Below the pieces are notes generated by a model. That model saw only the letters and a list, made by a program, of their open reading frames with translations, did no database searches and was not told the DNA's origin. A stretch of DNA of 64,000 nt from a cyanobacterium endosymbiont of Rhopalodia gibba (GTDB taxonomy: Bacteria > Cyanobacteriota > Cyanobacteriia > Cyanobacteriales > Microcystaceae). The DNA lies in NCBI GenBank assembly GCA_045159875.1, contig CP067995.1, forward strand, positions 2,368,001 through 2,432,000, written 5' to 3'. Shown piece by piece: positions 10,720-22,172 of this stretch. A program made the translations under genes and the position numbers. Positions within the stretch are counted from its first letter, which is position 1; every line of letters starts with the position of its first letter.

Positions 10720-12963
10720 ATGCCCGATTGGAAATTCCTCTTTGCTCGCCCTTCTCAACCTGCTACTGTCCCTCCCGAAGGGACTCAAGAGGGTTTAGGA
10801 ACTTTTGGCGGAGTCTATACCCCTTCTATTTTGACCATTCTTGGCGTAATTATGTATCTTCGCTTTGGTTGGGTGGTGGGAAATGTGGGGTTATTAGGAA
10901 CCTTATTGATTGTCATCTTAGCCAACAGCATCACCTTTTTTACCGCTCTATCTGTCTGTGCGATCGCAACAGACAAGGTAGTAAGAGCAGGGGGAGCTTA
11001 TTACATGATCAGTCGCTCTTTAGGAGCAGAAACAGGAGGAGCTGTAGGAATTCCTCTCTATTTCGCCCAAGCTCTTTCTGTGGCTTTATATACTATCGGC
11101 TTTGCTGAAAGCTTGAAGGCAGCCTTTCCCCACTTTAATCAACTTTATGTGGCACTAGTCGTAACAAGTTTAGTTGGAATATTAGCGTTTATGTCGGCCA
11201 GTATTGCTATTAAAGCGCAATATTTCATTATGGCTGCTATTGTCCTGTCCTTAGTGTCATTCTACTTTGGACACCCCGTAGAAGAAACTTATATTGAATT
11301 GTGGGTTAACAATAAAGCTCCTTTCTGGACAGTTTTTTCAGTATTTTTCCCGGCGGTAACAGGAATTATGGCTGGGGTCAATATGTCAGGAGATTTACGA
11401 GATCCCATCCGATCTTTGCCTAGTGGAACTCTGTGGGCTGTTGGGACAGGATTTGCTATCTATATGACCATGCCCATTTTCCTGTCCATGCGAGCTAATG
11501 GTACCACTCTAATTGCAGAACCTTTGATCATGCAACAGATGGCTGTCTGGGGTCCTTTGATTTTGTTGGGGGTGTGGGGGGCAACCCTCAGTAGTGCTAT
11601 TGGTAGTATTTTGGGTGCACCTCGTATTCTGCAGGCGTTGGCTAGAGATGGGATTTTACCAAAATGGATGAGTTTCCTCGGACAAGGAAGTGGACCTCAG
11701 GATGAACCGAAAATGGGGACTCTAGCGACCTTGGTAGTAGCGATTGCAGCGGTTTGTGTCGGAGATTTGAATTTAATTGCCCCTGTCCTAACGATGTTCT
11801 TTTTAACCACCTATTTAGTGTTAAATATGTCAGCGGCTATTGAAGGATTTCTACAAAGTCCTTCTTTTCGTCCCTCATTTAAGATTCATTGGGCGTTTTC
11901 CCTGACCGGGGCAATCGGTTGTTTAATTGTCATGTTTCTGATTGATGCTGTTGCGACTGTTGTAGCAGCGATTGTGGTGATTGGAATTTATTTTTGGGTA
12001 CGTCAGCGAGAATTAATAGTGACGTGGGGGGATGTACGTCGAGGACTTTGGATGGCTTTATTAAGGACGGCAATTCTGCAAACCGATCACACCGACGATA
12101 CTAAAAACTGGCGACCTCAACTCTTAGTGTTGTCGGGGGCACCGACTAAACGCTGGACTTTAATTCAGTTAGCAGAAGCATTAACCCATAATCGAGGTTT
12201 AATTACAGTATCAAGTGTTCTCCCTGTTGGTTCACGAGATATGGCCAAACAGGTGATCCTAGAAAAGCGGATTCGCAATTATCTGCAACGAAGGGGTGTA
12301 CAGGCGTTAGTTAGGTTGGTAACAGCTCCTGATCCCTTCGATGGAGCTGAAAGACTTGTGGAGACTTACGGACTAGGATCTATTGTCCCTGATACAGTAT
12401 TGCTAGGAGATTCTAAACAACCATCCCACCGTGATCGCTATTGTCAAATGATTGCCAACCTCCATCGCGCCCAACGCAATGTTATTATTTTGAGAGAAAA
12501 CACTAAACTCTACCAAAACCCCTTTTTGGAGTCAAGACACCGCCCTTGTTACATAGATATTTGGTGGAGTGGGGGAATGCAGGGAAATGGTAGTCTGATG
12601 CTGATTTTAGCCTATTTATTGCGTTCTAATCCCAACTGGCAAGATGCGGAGATTTGTCTTAAGTTAGTAGTTACCGATGAAACGGGAGTTCAAGCAGCCC
12701 AAGCTAATTTAGACAATTTGGCTAAACACTTGAGAATTGGGGCTTTATCAGAGGTTATCTTGGCTGATGGAAGAACGTTTGCCACAATTCTTAAAAAATC
12801 CTCTATGGGAGCTGATTTAATCTTTTTAGGCATGGCTAGTCCCGGCGAAACGTTCATGCAATCCTATGAAAAGTTACAAAATTGGACAGAAAACTTACCC
12901 ACATCAATCTTTGTACTAGCTGCCCCGGGATTTGATTTTGAGCAGGTATTGGGAGAAAATTAA
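10720..12963 (+). CDS. Cation-chloride cotransporter (SLC12/NKCC-like, APC superfamily)
   Basis: LGTFGGVYTPSILTILGVIMYLR, GGAYYMISRSLG, FFPAVTGIMAG.NMSGDL, PSFRPSF, KNWRPQLLVL and IDIWW motifs shared with SLC12 transporters. Confidence 0.85.
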   Translation: MPDWKFLFARPSQPATVPPEGTQEGLGTFGGVYTPSILTILGVIMYLRFGWVVGNVGLLGTLLIVILANSITFFTALSVCAIATDKVVRAGGAYYMISRSLGAETGGAVGIPLYFAQALSVALYTIGFAESLKAAFPHFNQLYVALVVTSLVGILAFMSASIAIKAQYFIMAAIVLSLVSFYFGHPVEETYIELWVNNKAPFWTVFSVFFPAVTGIMAGVNMSGDLRDPIRSLPSGTLWAVGTGFAIYMTMPIFLSMRANGTTLIAEPLIMQQMAVWGPLILLGVWGATLSSAIGSILGAPRILQALARDGILPKWMSFLGQGSGPQDEPKMGTLATLVVAIAAVCVGDLNLIAPVLTMFFLTTYLVLNMSAAIEGFLQSPSFRPSFKIHWAFSLTGAIGCLIVMFLIDAVATVVAAIVVIGIYFWVRQRELIVTWGDVRRGLWMALLRTAILQTDHTDDTKNWRPQLLVLSGAPTKRWTLIQLAEALTHNRGLITVSSVLPVGSRDMAKQVILEKRIRNYLQRRGVQALVRLVTAPDPFDGAERLVETYGLGSIVPDTVLLGDSKQPSHRDRYCQMIANLHRAQRNVIILRENTKLYQNPFLESRHRPCYIDIWWSGGMQGNGSLMLILAYLLRSNPNWQDAEICLKLVVTDETGVQAAQANLDNLAKHLRIGALSEVILADGRTFATILKKSSMGADLIFLGMASPGETFMQSYEKLQNWTENLPTSIFVLAAPGFDFEQVLGEN

Positions 12964-13671
12964 ATAAAATATCCAAAGTGACCTAAGTATCTTGCTAAAG
13001 ATGTCTTAATTTTATCAGAAAGAACTGCTCCTCTTTCTTCTTCTCTAATTAAGACCTTATATCGCTACTTCTTTGTCACAGAAAAAACTACTCTTATAGA
13101 CTTTGATTCCATCAGTTTTATCAAAAAAACCGTTTTTTTCTTCAACCCACAAAAGAAATGTTTAGCTATTAAATTTAAGGAAAGAACGTAGAATGTTTAA
13201 CTAAGTGATTAAGGAGTTACTACCTTCTAATATTTTATAAATTACCTAATTTTTCATATAAATTAACCATAGAATATCTTTTTGTTTAGCATAAATGTTG
13301 TCGGTAAACCCAGCTTCAATAGAGCTATTTTAACTAAAATAATTTAAATGCTATAGAAAATAAGAAACTGTTATGTCTCTGTCTATACAATATATATTTT
13401 AATATAAATAGATTACTTTTTTTAGCTTATTTTTTTAAAAAACGTAAACAGTATATTCTCTAAATTAGATTATTTATTCTTAATAAATTTAAGTCTAATT
13501 AAAATTTCTAAAGTTATTGTATGTCTTTAATATTTATCTGAACTTACTTATTTTTATTAGATTCAATATTCGGTACTGTTATTAATTAATTTAAAATAAA
13601 AAAATGATAACTTTAAGTTATAATAGAGAATGGGTATCAATTTTTATCATGAAACATTAGCTCGTTATCAG

Positions 13672-13747
13672 CTTTTTTAAAATTCTAACTCTTTTTTAAA
13701 ATTCTAACTCTTTTTTAAAATTCTAACTCTTTTTTAAAATTCTAACT
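13672..13747 (+). repeat. Tandem repeat, 4 exact copies of 19 bp (cttttttaaaattctaact)
   Basis: Units start at 13672, 13691, 13710 and 13729; ends 70 bp upstream of ccdA. Confidence 0.95.
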
Positions 13748-13817
13748 ATTTTAAATGTCTGATTGTCCCATACTTTAAGCTAAAATGCAAAGTGAACCGC
13801 CCCACACTTTCTAAAAT

Positions 13818-14558
13818 ATGCTCTACAGATTTCAAACCCAATTCTATCAGCTTGAACAATTTGCCAATCAATTGGTTTCTTCGCAGTTAACCCATCTCAG
13901 TTGGTTGAGTTTAACAGTTATTTTTATTGCCGGATTATTAACTAGCTTAACCCCTTGCATGCTCTCGATGTTACCGGTTACTATTGGTTACATTGGAGGT
14001 TACGAAAACCAAGGGAGAAGACAAGCAGCTATCCAATCAATTTGGTTTTCTTTGGGTTTAGCTACTACCCTTGCAGGATTAGGAATTACAGCAGCTTCTT
14101 TGGGAAAAATCTATGGACAAATTGGAGCTGGATTACCAATCTTTGTGAGTTTAATCGCAATTCTAATGGGACTAAATTTATTAGAATTAATTTCTTTAAA
14201 ATTACCTTATTTTGGTAATAGTGATTGGATTACAGACAATTTGCCACCAGGGATACGTTCCTATTCTCTTGGTCTAACTTTCGGATTAGTTGCATCTCCT
14301 TGCAGTACTTCCGTCTTAGCGACTTTGTTGGCTTGGGTTGCATCGACTCAAAATTTATTATTAGGGGGGATATTATTGCTAATGTATACAATTGGCTATG
14401 TTACTCCTTTAATTGTAGCAGGAACCTTTACTGCATCTATGAAAAAATTATTAGAGTTACGTCGTTGGTCAATTTGGATTAATCCTGTGAGTGGTATTTT
14501 ATTAATTAGTTTTGGATTCTTGTCTCTTTTATCTCGTTTACCCTCCAAAAGTGGATAA
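13818..14558 (+). CDS. ccdA: Cytochrome c biogenesis thiol-disulfide transporter CcdA
   Basis: GLLTSLTPCMLSMLP and GLVASPCST redox Cys motifs; multi-pass membrane protein; adjacent to ccs1. Confidence 0.9.
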   Translation: MLYRFQTQFYQLEQFANQLVSSQLTHLSWLSLTVIFIAGLLTSLTPCMLSMLPVTIGYIGGYENQGRRQAAIQSIWFSLGLATTLAGLGITAASLGKIYGQIGAGLPIFVSLIAILMGLNLLELISLKLPYFGNSDWITDNLPPGIRSYSLGLTFGLVASPCSTSVLATLLAWVASTQNLLLGGILLLMYTIGYVTPLIVAGTFTASMKKLLELRRWSIWINPVSGILLISFGFLSLLSRLPSKSG

Positions 14559-14686
14559 TTGGTAATGGAGTAGTTTTTAAAAAAATCAAACCTATAATAG
14601 GAGTTAAATCTACAATAATTTCAAAAGACTAAACCTAGTAATATTTATCTAACGAAAAGTGTTGATTTTTAAGAAATATTGAAACT

Positions 14687-16057
14687 ATGACCGCTTCTAA
14701 TTTACCTGAAAAAAATAATTTTTTCTTATTATTTCAGCAAGGATGGCAACAGATTGTCAAGATAGTAGCTGATTTACGGTTAGCTATTATTCTGCTATTA
14801 GTAATCGCTCTATTTAGTGTTAGTGGAACTGTCATTGAACAAGGAGAAAGTCTATCTTTTTATCAAGGAAATTATCCTGAAAATCCTGCATTATTTGGTT
14901 TTCTTACTTGGAAGATCATCCTGACTTTAGGATTAAATCATGTTTACAGTACTTGGTGGTTTTTATCTCTATTAGTTTTTTTGGGAACTAGTCTTACCGC
15001 TTGTACGTTTACTCGTCAATTCTCTGCCTTTAAAGCTGCTCGTAACTGGTATTTTTATCAGCAACCTCGTCAGTTTCAAAAGTTGGCTTTAAGTGGGGAT
15101 ATTGAAAACATATCTCTGGCTAATGTCGTTAATTTATTAAAAAAACGAGGTTATAAAGTTTACCAAAATGAAAACTCTTTATATGCCCGCAAAGGAATTG
15201 TAGGCAGAATAGGACCAATTATTGTTCATGCTGCTATGTTGATCATTTTGGGAGGAGCAATTTGGGGGGTATTGGCAGGATTTTTGGCTCAAGAAATGGT
15301 TGCTAGTGGCTCAACTTTTGAAGTTAAGAATATTATTGAAGCAGGTCCTTTCTCAAAACCATTAATCCCAACTAATTGGGGAATTCGAGTTAATCAGTTT
15401 TGGATTGACTATACTCATAATGGAGATATTAAGCAGTTTTATTCTGACCTCTCGGTTATTAACAATCAAGGGGAAGAATTAGAGCGCAAAACTATTTTTG
15501 TCAATCAACCTTTGAGATATGATGGGGTTACTTTTTATCAAACCAATTGGGGAATTGCTGGTGTAAAAGTTCAAGTTAATCAAGGTCCTATTTTGCAAAT
15601 TCCTATAGTTCCCTTAAACACCCAAGGAGAAGGTAAAATATGGGGAACTTGGATTCCTACTAAGCCTAATTTAAGTGAAGGGGTATCCTTACTAGTTAAA
15701 GATCTACAAGGAACCATGATTGTTTATGATAACAATGGGGATCTTTATAGTGCAATTCGCCCAGGAATGGTGGTTGATATTAATGGGGTTACTCTCAAAG
15801 TTTTTGAATTAATTGGGAGTACAGGACTACAAATTAAAGCTGATCCTGGAATTCCTCTTGTTTATACTGGGTTTGGATTATTAATGCTTGGGGTAATCGC
15901 AAGTTATGTTTCCCACTCCCAAGTTTGGGTTTTACAACAAGAAAATCGCTGTTTTATTGGAGGTAAAACTAATCGAGCACACGTCAGTTTTGAAAAGGAA
16001 CTAGTCAGAATTTTAGACGAATTAAAAAGTTACAAAACAGAGCCTCAATTCTTGTAA
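14687..16057 (+). CDS. ccs1: Cytochrome c biogenesis protein Ccs1/CcsB (ResB family)
   Basis: [56 protein letters not shown] motifs. Confidence 0.92.
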   Translation: MTASNLPEKNNFFLLFQQGWQQIVKIVADLRLAIILLLVIALFSVSGTVIEQGESLSFYQGNYPENPALFGFLTWKIILTLGLNHVYSTWWFLSLLVFLGTSLTACTFTRQFSAFKAARNWYFYQQPRQFQKLALSGDIENISLANVVNLLKKRGYKVYQNENSLYARKGIVGRIGPIIVHAAMLIILGGAIWGVLAGFLAQEMVASGSTFEVKNIIEAGPFSKPLIPTNWGIRVNQFWIDYTHNGDIKQFYSDLSVINNQGEELERKTIFVNQPLRYDGVTFYQTNWGIAGVKVQVNQGPILQIPIVPLNTQGEGKIWGTWIPTKPNLSEGVSLLVKDLQGTMIVYDNNGDLYSAIRPGMVVDINGVTLKVFELIGSTGLQIKADPGIPLVYTGFGLLMLGVIASYVSHSQVWVLQQENRCFIGGKTNRAHVSFEKELVRILDELKSYKTEPQFL

Positions 16058-16087
16058 ATTTAATGGTAAAAATCAATATCTTGATCA

Positions 16088-16411
16088 TTATTCTTCTATA
16101 GAAGAAAGTCTTTTTAAAAATAGTTGAATGGCTAAAAGAGTTAACCCAAAAGCCACAAAAACACAAACAAAAGTGGCTAAAGAAGCGATTCCCATCACTA
16201 AGGTTCGTACCAGAGAACCAATTTTTAAGACCAAAGGATTATGAGAGATGAGGGGTTTAGTCGTAAAGCTTTGAAAAATAGAAAAAGTGAGACAATAAAA
16301 GCCAAATGCCAAAGCTCCTGAAATAGTTGAACCAATTAGACAACGTAACGGTGTGACTTTTTTATCTTGAGAACGATCTTTTGCTGGAGTGGGCATGGGT
16401 GAATTTGTCAT
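16088..16411 (-). CDS. DUF3082-family membrane protein
   Basis: TPLRCLIGS and IGSLVRTLVMGIASLATF motifs; two TM segments. Confidence 0.7.
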   Translation of the reverse strand: MTNSPMPTPAKDRSQDKKVTPLRCLIGSTISGALAFGFYCLTFSIFQSFTTKPLISHNPLVLKIGSLVRTLVMGIASLATFVCVFVAFGLTLLAIQLFLKRLSSIEE

Positions 16412-16450
16412 GAACAGTAGGGTAAACGATAACTTTAATCGGTCATATTA

Positions 16451-19180
16451 TTATTTCAGACGATGCAGACGTTCTTGTAGAATTTCGGCTTGTTTTTGAG
16501 CTTCAGCTAAAGAATCCTTAGCCGCCTGAACCACTTTTTTAGGGGCCTTATTAACAAAGCTTGGATTATTAAGACGCTCAGTAAGAGATTTAACCTCTAC
16601 TTTAATCTTACTCAAATTTCTCTCCAGTTTTCCTTGAAGACTTGCAATATCGACAGCACCTGATAAAGGAATTAAGACTTGAACTGTCCCCACAACACCT
16701 GCAACGACCTGTCCAGTTTCTATTTCTAACTGGGGTGTAATAGTCAATTGTTCTACTTTCCCTAAATCCTGAATATAAATTTGGGCTGACTTTAGAATTG
16801 TCCTTTCTGTTTCATCTTCACTCTGTAAAATAACAGAAACTTTAAAGCCAGGTTTTATTTCAGCTTCGGCTCGTAAATTCCGCAGAGTACGAATGGTTCC
16901 GATAATAAGGTTAAATGACTCTTCTAATTCAGTATTAATAAGTTGGGGGTCAGAAGTAGGATAATTTTGTAAAGCCAGAAATTCATTGCTAGCTTGGCTT
17001 AAAGTCTGCCAAATTTCTTCGGTAATATGAGGCATAAAGGGATGTAGTAGCCTCAGAATATTATCGAGAATATAGGCTAAGGTCTGTTGGGCAACTAGGC
17101 GAGATTCAGTGTTAGCACCCTTCCAAAGACGAGTTTTAACTAATTCGATGTACCAGTCACAAAAGTCTCCCCAAATGAACTCATATAGCCCTTTAGCCGC
17201 TTCTCCTAACCCATAAGTTTCGATATAGTTCTTAGTTTGCTGAACCAATCGATAGAAACGGGATAAAATCCAGCGATCGCATAATTCTAATTTTTCTACT
17301 TCTGAAAATCCCAAAATTTCAGGAGTTTTTCCCTCTAAGTTCATCATGACAAATCGCGCTGCATTCCACAGTTTATTGGCGAAGTTTCGAGAAGCTTCGA
17401 TGGATTCGGATTCATCAGTTTTACGATTATATTGTAAGCTGATATCTTGACCTGCCCCTGCGACTTCTCTGATCAGAGTGTAACGGAGGGCATCGGTTCC
17501 ATAACTTTTAATTAAAACTAAAGGATCAATCCCATTGTTAAAAGATTTAGACATTTTCTTTCCGTTTTCATCTCTAACCAATCCATGTATATACACATCT
17601 TGAAATGGTATTTGATCGGTGAAATAACCTGCCATCATGGTCATACGGGCAACCCAAAAGAAGATAATATCAAACCCTGTAACTAAAGTACTGGTCGGAT
17701 AGTAGACTTTAAAATCTTCAGTATTTTCAGGCCAACCTAATGTTGAAAAAGGCCATAAACTGGAAGAAAACCAGGTGTCGAGAACGTCAGGATCTTGTTC
17801 TAATTTAATATTATCCCCGTATTTTTCTTGAGCTTTTTCGATAGCTTCTATTTCATTAGAAGCCACAACAAATGGAGTATAATCTGTAATTGTGTTGTTG
17901 GTTTCACTAATTACATACCAAGCAGGAATTTGATGCCCCCACCATAATTGACGGGAGATACACCAGTCTTTTAATCTAATCAACCAATCTCGATATACTT
18001 TTGTCCAGTGGTCGGGGACAAAGCGGGGATAATTGTGTTTATCCAAAAAGGTTAATGCTTTTTGGGAAAGAGGATCAATTTTGACAAACCATTGGGTTGA
18101 TAATAAAGGTTCGATAGGAACTTTACCGCGATCACTATAAGGAACTGCATGGCGGTATTCTTCTACTTTAATTAGAAACCCTTCTTGTTCAAGTTTCTTA
18201 ACGATATTTTTCCGTGCAACATAACGGTCCTGTCCTTTGAATATTCCGGCATTTTCATTCAGTGTGCCGTCTTTATTCATAATATTAATAAAGGACAAGT
18301 TATGACAGGTTCCCATTTGGAAATCATTGGGGTCATGCGCAGGAGTAACTTTAACGCAACCTGTACCAAATTCAGGGTCAACTAATTCATCAGCAAAAAT
18401 AGGAATTTCTCGACCAACAATAGGTAAAGTTAAGGTTTTTCCAATTAACTTCTTATAACGTTTATCTTTAGGATTAACGGCTACTCCTGTATCTCCTAAA
18501 ATGGTTTCAGGTCGAGTGGTTGCAACTTGCACATAGCCACTGCCATCGGTTAAGGGGTAACGAAAATACCATAGATGACCATCCACCTCCTTGTTCTCCA
18601 CTTCTAGATCTGAGACAGCAGAAAGAGATGCAGGACACCAATTAACTAAATAATTTCCTCTATAAATTAACCCTGCTTCGTAAAGGTTAACAAAAGCTTT
18701 TATGACTGCTTTAGAAAGTCTTTCATCGAGGGTAAACCGCTCCCGCGACCAGTCTGCAGAAAGTCCCACTCGTTTCAACTGGTCGATAATCTTTCCCCCC
18801 GACTCTTGTTTCCATTCCCAAGCGTGTCTGAGGAACTCTTCTCTCCCGACATCATAGCGGGTTTTTCCCTCTGCTTTCAACTTGCGATCAAGAATGGTAT
18901 GAACTGCGATACTTGCATGGTCGGTTCCAGGAAGACAGAGAACATTATAACCGCACATTCGATGATAACGCACCAGAACGTCTATTAAACAGTCTTCAAA
19001 GGCGTGACCCATGTGGAGACTTCCTGTGACATTAGGAGGGGGAATAACGATAGTGTAAGGTTTTCCTGGGTGGTTGGGGTCTGCCTTAAAGACTTGGTAG
19101 GTTTCCCAAGCATTTTGCCATTTAGATTCGGTCGTTTTGGGGTCGTATTGGGGGGGTAAAGTGGATGGGTTTACGGTCAT
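16451..19180 (-). CDS. valS: Valine--tRNA ligase (probable start ATG at 19180; the ORF track extends to 19231)
   Basis: [13 protein letters not shown] (HIGH), [17 protein letters not shown] and C-terminal coiled coil. Confidence 0.97.
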   Translation of the reverse strand: MTVNPSTLPPQYDPKTTESKWQNAWETYQVFKADPNHPGKPYTIVIPPPNVTGSLHMGHAFEDCLIDVLVRYHRMCGYNVLCLPGTDHASIAVHTILDRKLKAEGKTRYDVGREEFLRHAWEWKQESGGKIIDQLKRVGLSADWSRERFTLDERLSKAVIKAFVNLYEAGLIYRGNYLVNWCPASLSAVSDLEVENKEVDGHLWYFRYPLTDGSGYVQVATTRPETILGDTGVAVNPKDKRYKKLIGKTLTLPIVGREIPIFADELVDPEFGTGCVKVTPAHDPNDFQMGTCHNLSFINIMNKDGTLNENAGIFKGQDRYVARKNIVKKLEQEGFLIKVEEYRHAVPYSDRGKVPIEPLLSTQWFVKIDPLSQKALTFLDKHNYPRFVPDHWTKVYRDWLIRLKDWCISRQLWWGHQIPAWYVISETNNTITDYTPFVVASNEIEAIEKAQEKYGDNIKLEQDPDVLDTWFSSSLWPFSTLGWPENTEDFKVYYPTSTLVTGFDIIFFWVARMTMMAGYFTDQIPFQDVYIHGLVRDENGKKMSKSFNNGIDPLVLIKSYGTDALRYTLIREVAGAGQDISLQYNRKTDESESIEASRNFANKLWNAARFVMMNLEGKTPEILGFSEVEKLELCDRWILSRFYRLVQQTKNYIETYGLGEAAKGLYEFIWGDFCDWYIELVKTRLWKGANTESRLVAQQTLAYILDNILRLLHPFMPHITEEIWQTLSQASNEFLALQNYPTSDPQLINTELEESFNLIIGTIRTLRNLRAEAEIKPGFKVSVILQSEDETERTILKSAQIYIQDLGKVEQLTITPQLEIETGQVVAGVVGTVQVLIPLSGAVDIASLQGKLERNLSKIKVEVKSLTERLNNPSFVNKAPKKVVQAAKDSLAEAQKQAEILQERLHRLK

Positions 19181-19515
19181 GAACAATAGAAGGGTATGGG
19201 TATGATTATCTTCTCTATCAAATTGTGACACAACAAGTTAAGTAATTCAATTTAACATTCTTTACTAAGACTTCATGATTTTTGTTTTGGATATTACAGT
19301 AGGTTTTCTCTAAAAGTACCATTATAAATTCATTGGAAAAACACACTAGAGTCTAATTTAGACCTGTGTTTATAGAGTTATTTTTTTTACTGAAAAATGG
19401 GTAGAATATATTGGAAATACTATCAAAAAAAGTCAACTAATACCAATTAAATTGTTATTAGTTATCTATGTTTTTTTTTAAAATTAGAATAATTTTAAAT
19501 CGTCTAATAATTAAG

Positions 19516-19548
19516 CCCATTGATATTTTTTCAAAAAATATCAATGGG
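19516..19548. repeat. Perfect palindrome, 16-bp arms, 1-nt centre
   Basis: cccattgatatttttt-c-aaaaaatatcaatggg. Confidence 0.9.
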
Positions 19549-20538
19549 TGCTCATCAATATTAATAATATAGCTTTTAATTTATAGCTAGTACATAAATA
19601 TTTTTTTAAAAACGATTAAAAATAGATTAAAATTTACTAACGTTAATACTGGCTTAAAATGAAAGAAAGAAAATCTTAACTTATCAATCTCTAATTTTTT
19701 AGCAAAGTTAGCAACTTTATTAAACCACTTTAAAAAAAAATATAATAATTAGAAAAAGAGAGAACAAGTTAATAAAAAAAATACATTTAACTCTATGTTT
19801 GAGCTGCCATATACAGTCCTACAAAAGTGACAGAAAACTATTCAGTAAAAAAAATACGGTTTATTATTTAGTTTTAATAAGCTAACTATTTCAGTTACTA
19901 GTACTTTTTGTAATTTTAATAAAAAAACTAAAAATTTTTATTAAAATTAAGGATGGTTAAAATTATAAAACTAAGAAAGATATACAAAAAAAATTATTTT
20001 GGACGATTTTACAAAATTAAAGCTTTAAGTTACTATTAAAAAATAAATAATTTTAATTATTTATTTTTTAATAGTATAGTTAAAAAAGAGTAATTATCTA
20101 GAGTCCAGTTTACCTAAAGATTCAGTTAACATAATTAGAAGAGTAAGAACTCTAAAACTTGAATCACATCAAAAAATTTCTTTCATAACGAGAAGAATAG
20201 CAGAAGTTTCTCTATTTAAGTAGAAGAGTATAGAAATTTTAAAATTGCATATCGAGTAGATTTATCATAAAATACATAAAAATTATTTTTATATAGATTA
20301 TTAGAGATTATTTAAGAAAGAGAAGAATTGTGTAATCCTCCGAAACTAAATTTATATATGCAGTTAATAATAATTAAATTATTAATAATTAATATTATAT
20401 TTATTCTTGTATTCTTTTTTCCTAAAAAAGTTAAAATAAAATGAAAATGAGACATAAGTAATTTTTTTTTTGAATAAACTAAATATACTCAATCCGATTC
20501 TTCACAGAAGTGTAAACATATGATAATTTTGTTTTAGT

Positions 20539-21450
20539 TTAATCAAATCCATGAATAACTAATTCATAGTATTCTTGATGAATTGCTTCAAGACTATTTT
20601 GCAATTCTTGTGCATGAACCAAACCGACACATCCTGAATATAAACATTCTCTATTTTTATTCGCTAGAAAAACATAAAGAATATTGAGAGAATTTTTCCA
20701 AATACGAATACTTTTTCCATCCTGAAATAATAAATAAACCTGGGATCTTTCAAGATCACGGTTTTGAGTATATGTCATCCCTGGAACTGCTTGTAAACGT
20801 TCAATTAAAATAATTGTAAAGTCTTTTTTGGGAATTACTTGAATGGGTAAAAAATCCCAAAATTTCTGAATAACTTCCACAACCTGTGGAGAGGTTTTTA
20901 ATTTAGCATGAGAAAGATTTGGTAGGCAGGTAAATTTACCAAATATGACTTGAGTTGTCTCAATCCTGATAGTTCCATCACTTTTATTACCAAGATCTCC
21001 TGCAATTGATAAAGTCGGAATAGATTGAGCTATTTTTTCAGTAACAGCTTGACGACTTTTCAATAAATATTTAGCTATTTTAGTCTCTGAAGGGTTAAGA
21101 ATACCAAATGATTCTACTCCATTAATAGGACAACCAATCAAAACAATTGAGTTAACTTTTGACCATAATTCGGGATGTTTAGCTAGAAAGTCTAACCAAA
21201 GTAAACCCCCTAACGAATAACCGATAATACGCCAAGGTATATCAGGATAGCTGTCCAAAACCTCAACTACTTTTTGTTCAATAAGTTCAAGAATATCTTC
21301 ACTTTCAATCCATGTTTTTAACCATCCAAAATTGAGGGCAACAATTTGATTTTTTGCTGTTTTTAAGGTTTTTACAAGTTGTAGGATATCTTGATGTGTA
21401 TCAGTCCACCCGTGTTGCACAAATAGGATACAATCTGGAGGGTCAATCAT
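20539..21450 (-). CDS. Alpha/beta-hydrolase fold protein (lipase/esterase-like)
   Basis: FVQHGWTD oxyanion region, GYSLGG nucleophile elbow, SDGT and LSHAKL. Confidence 0.75.
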   Translation of the reverse strand: MIDPPDCILFVQHGWTDTHQDILQLVKTLKTAKNQIVALNFGWLKTWIESEDILELIEQKVVEVLDSYPDIPWRIIGYSLGGLLWLDFLAKHPELWSKVNSIVLIGCPINGVESFGILNPSETKIAKYLLKSRQAVTEKIAQSIPTLSIAGDLGNKSDGTIRIETTQVIFGKFTCLPNLSHAKLKTSPQVVEVIQKFWDFLPIQVIPKKDFTIILIERLQAVPGMTYTQNRDLERSQVYLLFQDGKSIRIWKNSLNILYVFLANKNRECLYSGCVGLVHAQELQNSLEAIHQEYYELVIHGFD

Positions 21451-21462
21451 GGTCTTGAATGA

Positions 21463-22116
21463 TTAATAATATCGCTTTGCGGCTAAAGCGATGGCTTGAG
21501 GAAAAATGATATGTTCTTGAACTTGAATACGAGCTTGTAGTGTCTCTGGGGTATCATTCGGTAAAATAGGAACAGCCGCCTGTGATAATATTAGTCCACT
21601 GTCGACTTCTGAACTGGCAATGTGAGCCGTGCATCCGGTAATCTTAACACCTGCAGCCAAGGCTTGTTCAACGGCGCGAATTCCTCTAAAACTTGGTAAT
21701 AAACTCGGATGAATATTAATGACGTGGTTAGGATAGGCTTCTAATAGAACATGAGTAACAATACGCATCCACCCAGCCATAACGACCCATTCTACCTGAT
21801 GCTGTTGTAAAGTCTCAACAATAGCCCGATCCAAGTCTCCCCGTTGCTTAAACTTGCGATGATTGAGTAATACTGCCCGAATCTTTAATCTTTGCGCTTT
21901 TTCTTTAACTTTCGCTCCAGGATTATTATAGACCAATACGGGAATCTCAGCATTTAGTTTTCCTTCCTTTATTGCTTGAACAATAGCTTCAAAATTTGTC
22001 CCACTTCCCGACGCTAAAATTCCCAATTTTAGGGGATATTCTAACTCAAGTTCTTTAGAAGATAATTGAGGAGAGATAAAGTTAGGAGTCGACTGAGAAG
22101 AAGCAGAAAAATTCAT
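21463..22116 (-). CDS. purN: Phosphoribosylglycinamide formyltransferase
   Basis: ASGSGTNFEAI, MAGWMRI, INIHPSLLPSFRG and EH motifs. Confidence 0.95.
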   Translation of the reverse strand: MNFSASSQSTPNFISPQLSSKELELEYPLKLGILASGSGTNFEAIVQAIKEGKLNAEIPVLVYNNPGAKVKEKAQRLKIRAVLLNHRKFKQRGDLDRAIVETLQQHQVEWVVMAGWMRIVTHVLLEAYPNHVINIHPSLLPSFRGIRAVEQALAAGVKITGCTAHIASSEVDSGLILSQAAVPILPNDTPETLQARIQVQEHIIFPQAIALAAKRYY

Positions 22117-22172
22117 GGATATTCTAGATGGATATTCTAGACAGTAACTAAAGTTAAGTATACAGTTAAGTT

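Noticed and set aside
13672..13747. Possible CRISPR array or plasmid iterons
   Set aside because: Units are contiguous with no spacers, and no cas or rep gene is in the window.
20100..20350. Possible Uma2 or MazF relic (ESSLPKDSV...RRIAEVS)
   Set aside because: Too degraded to assign; it fits two unrelated families equally weakly.
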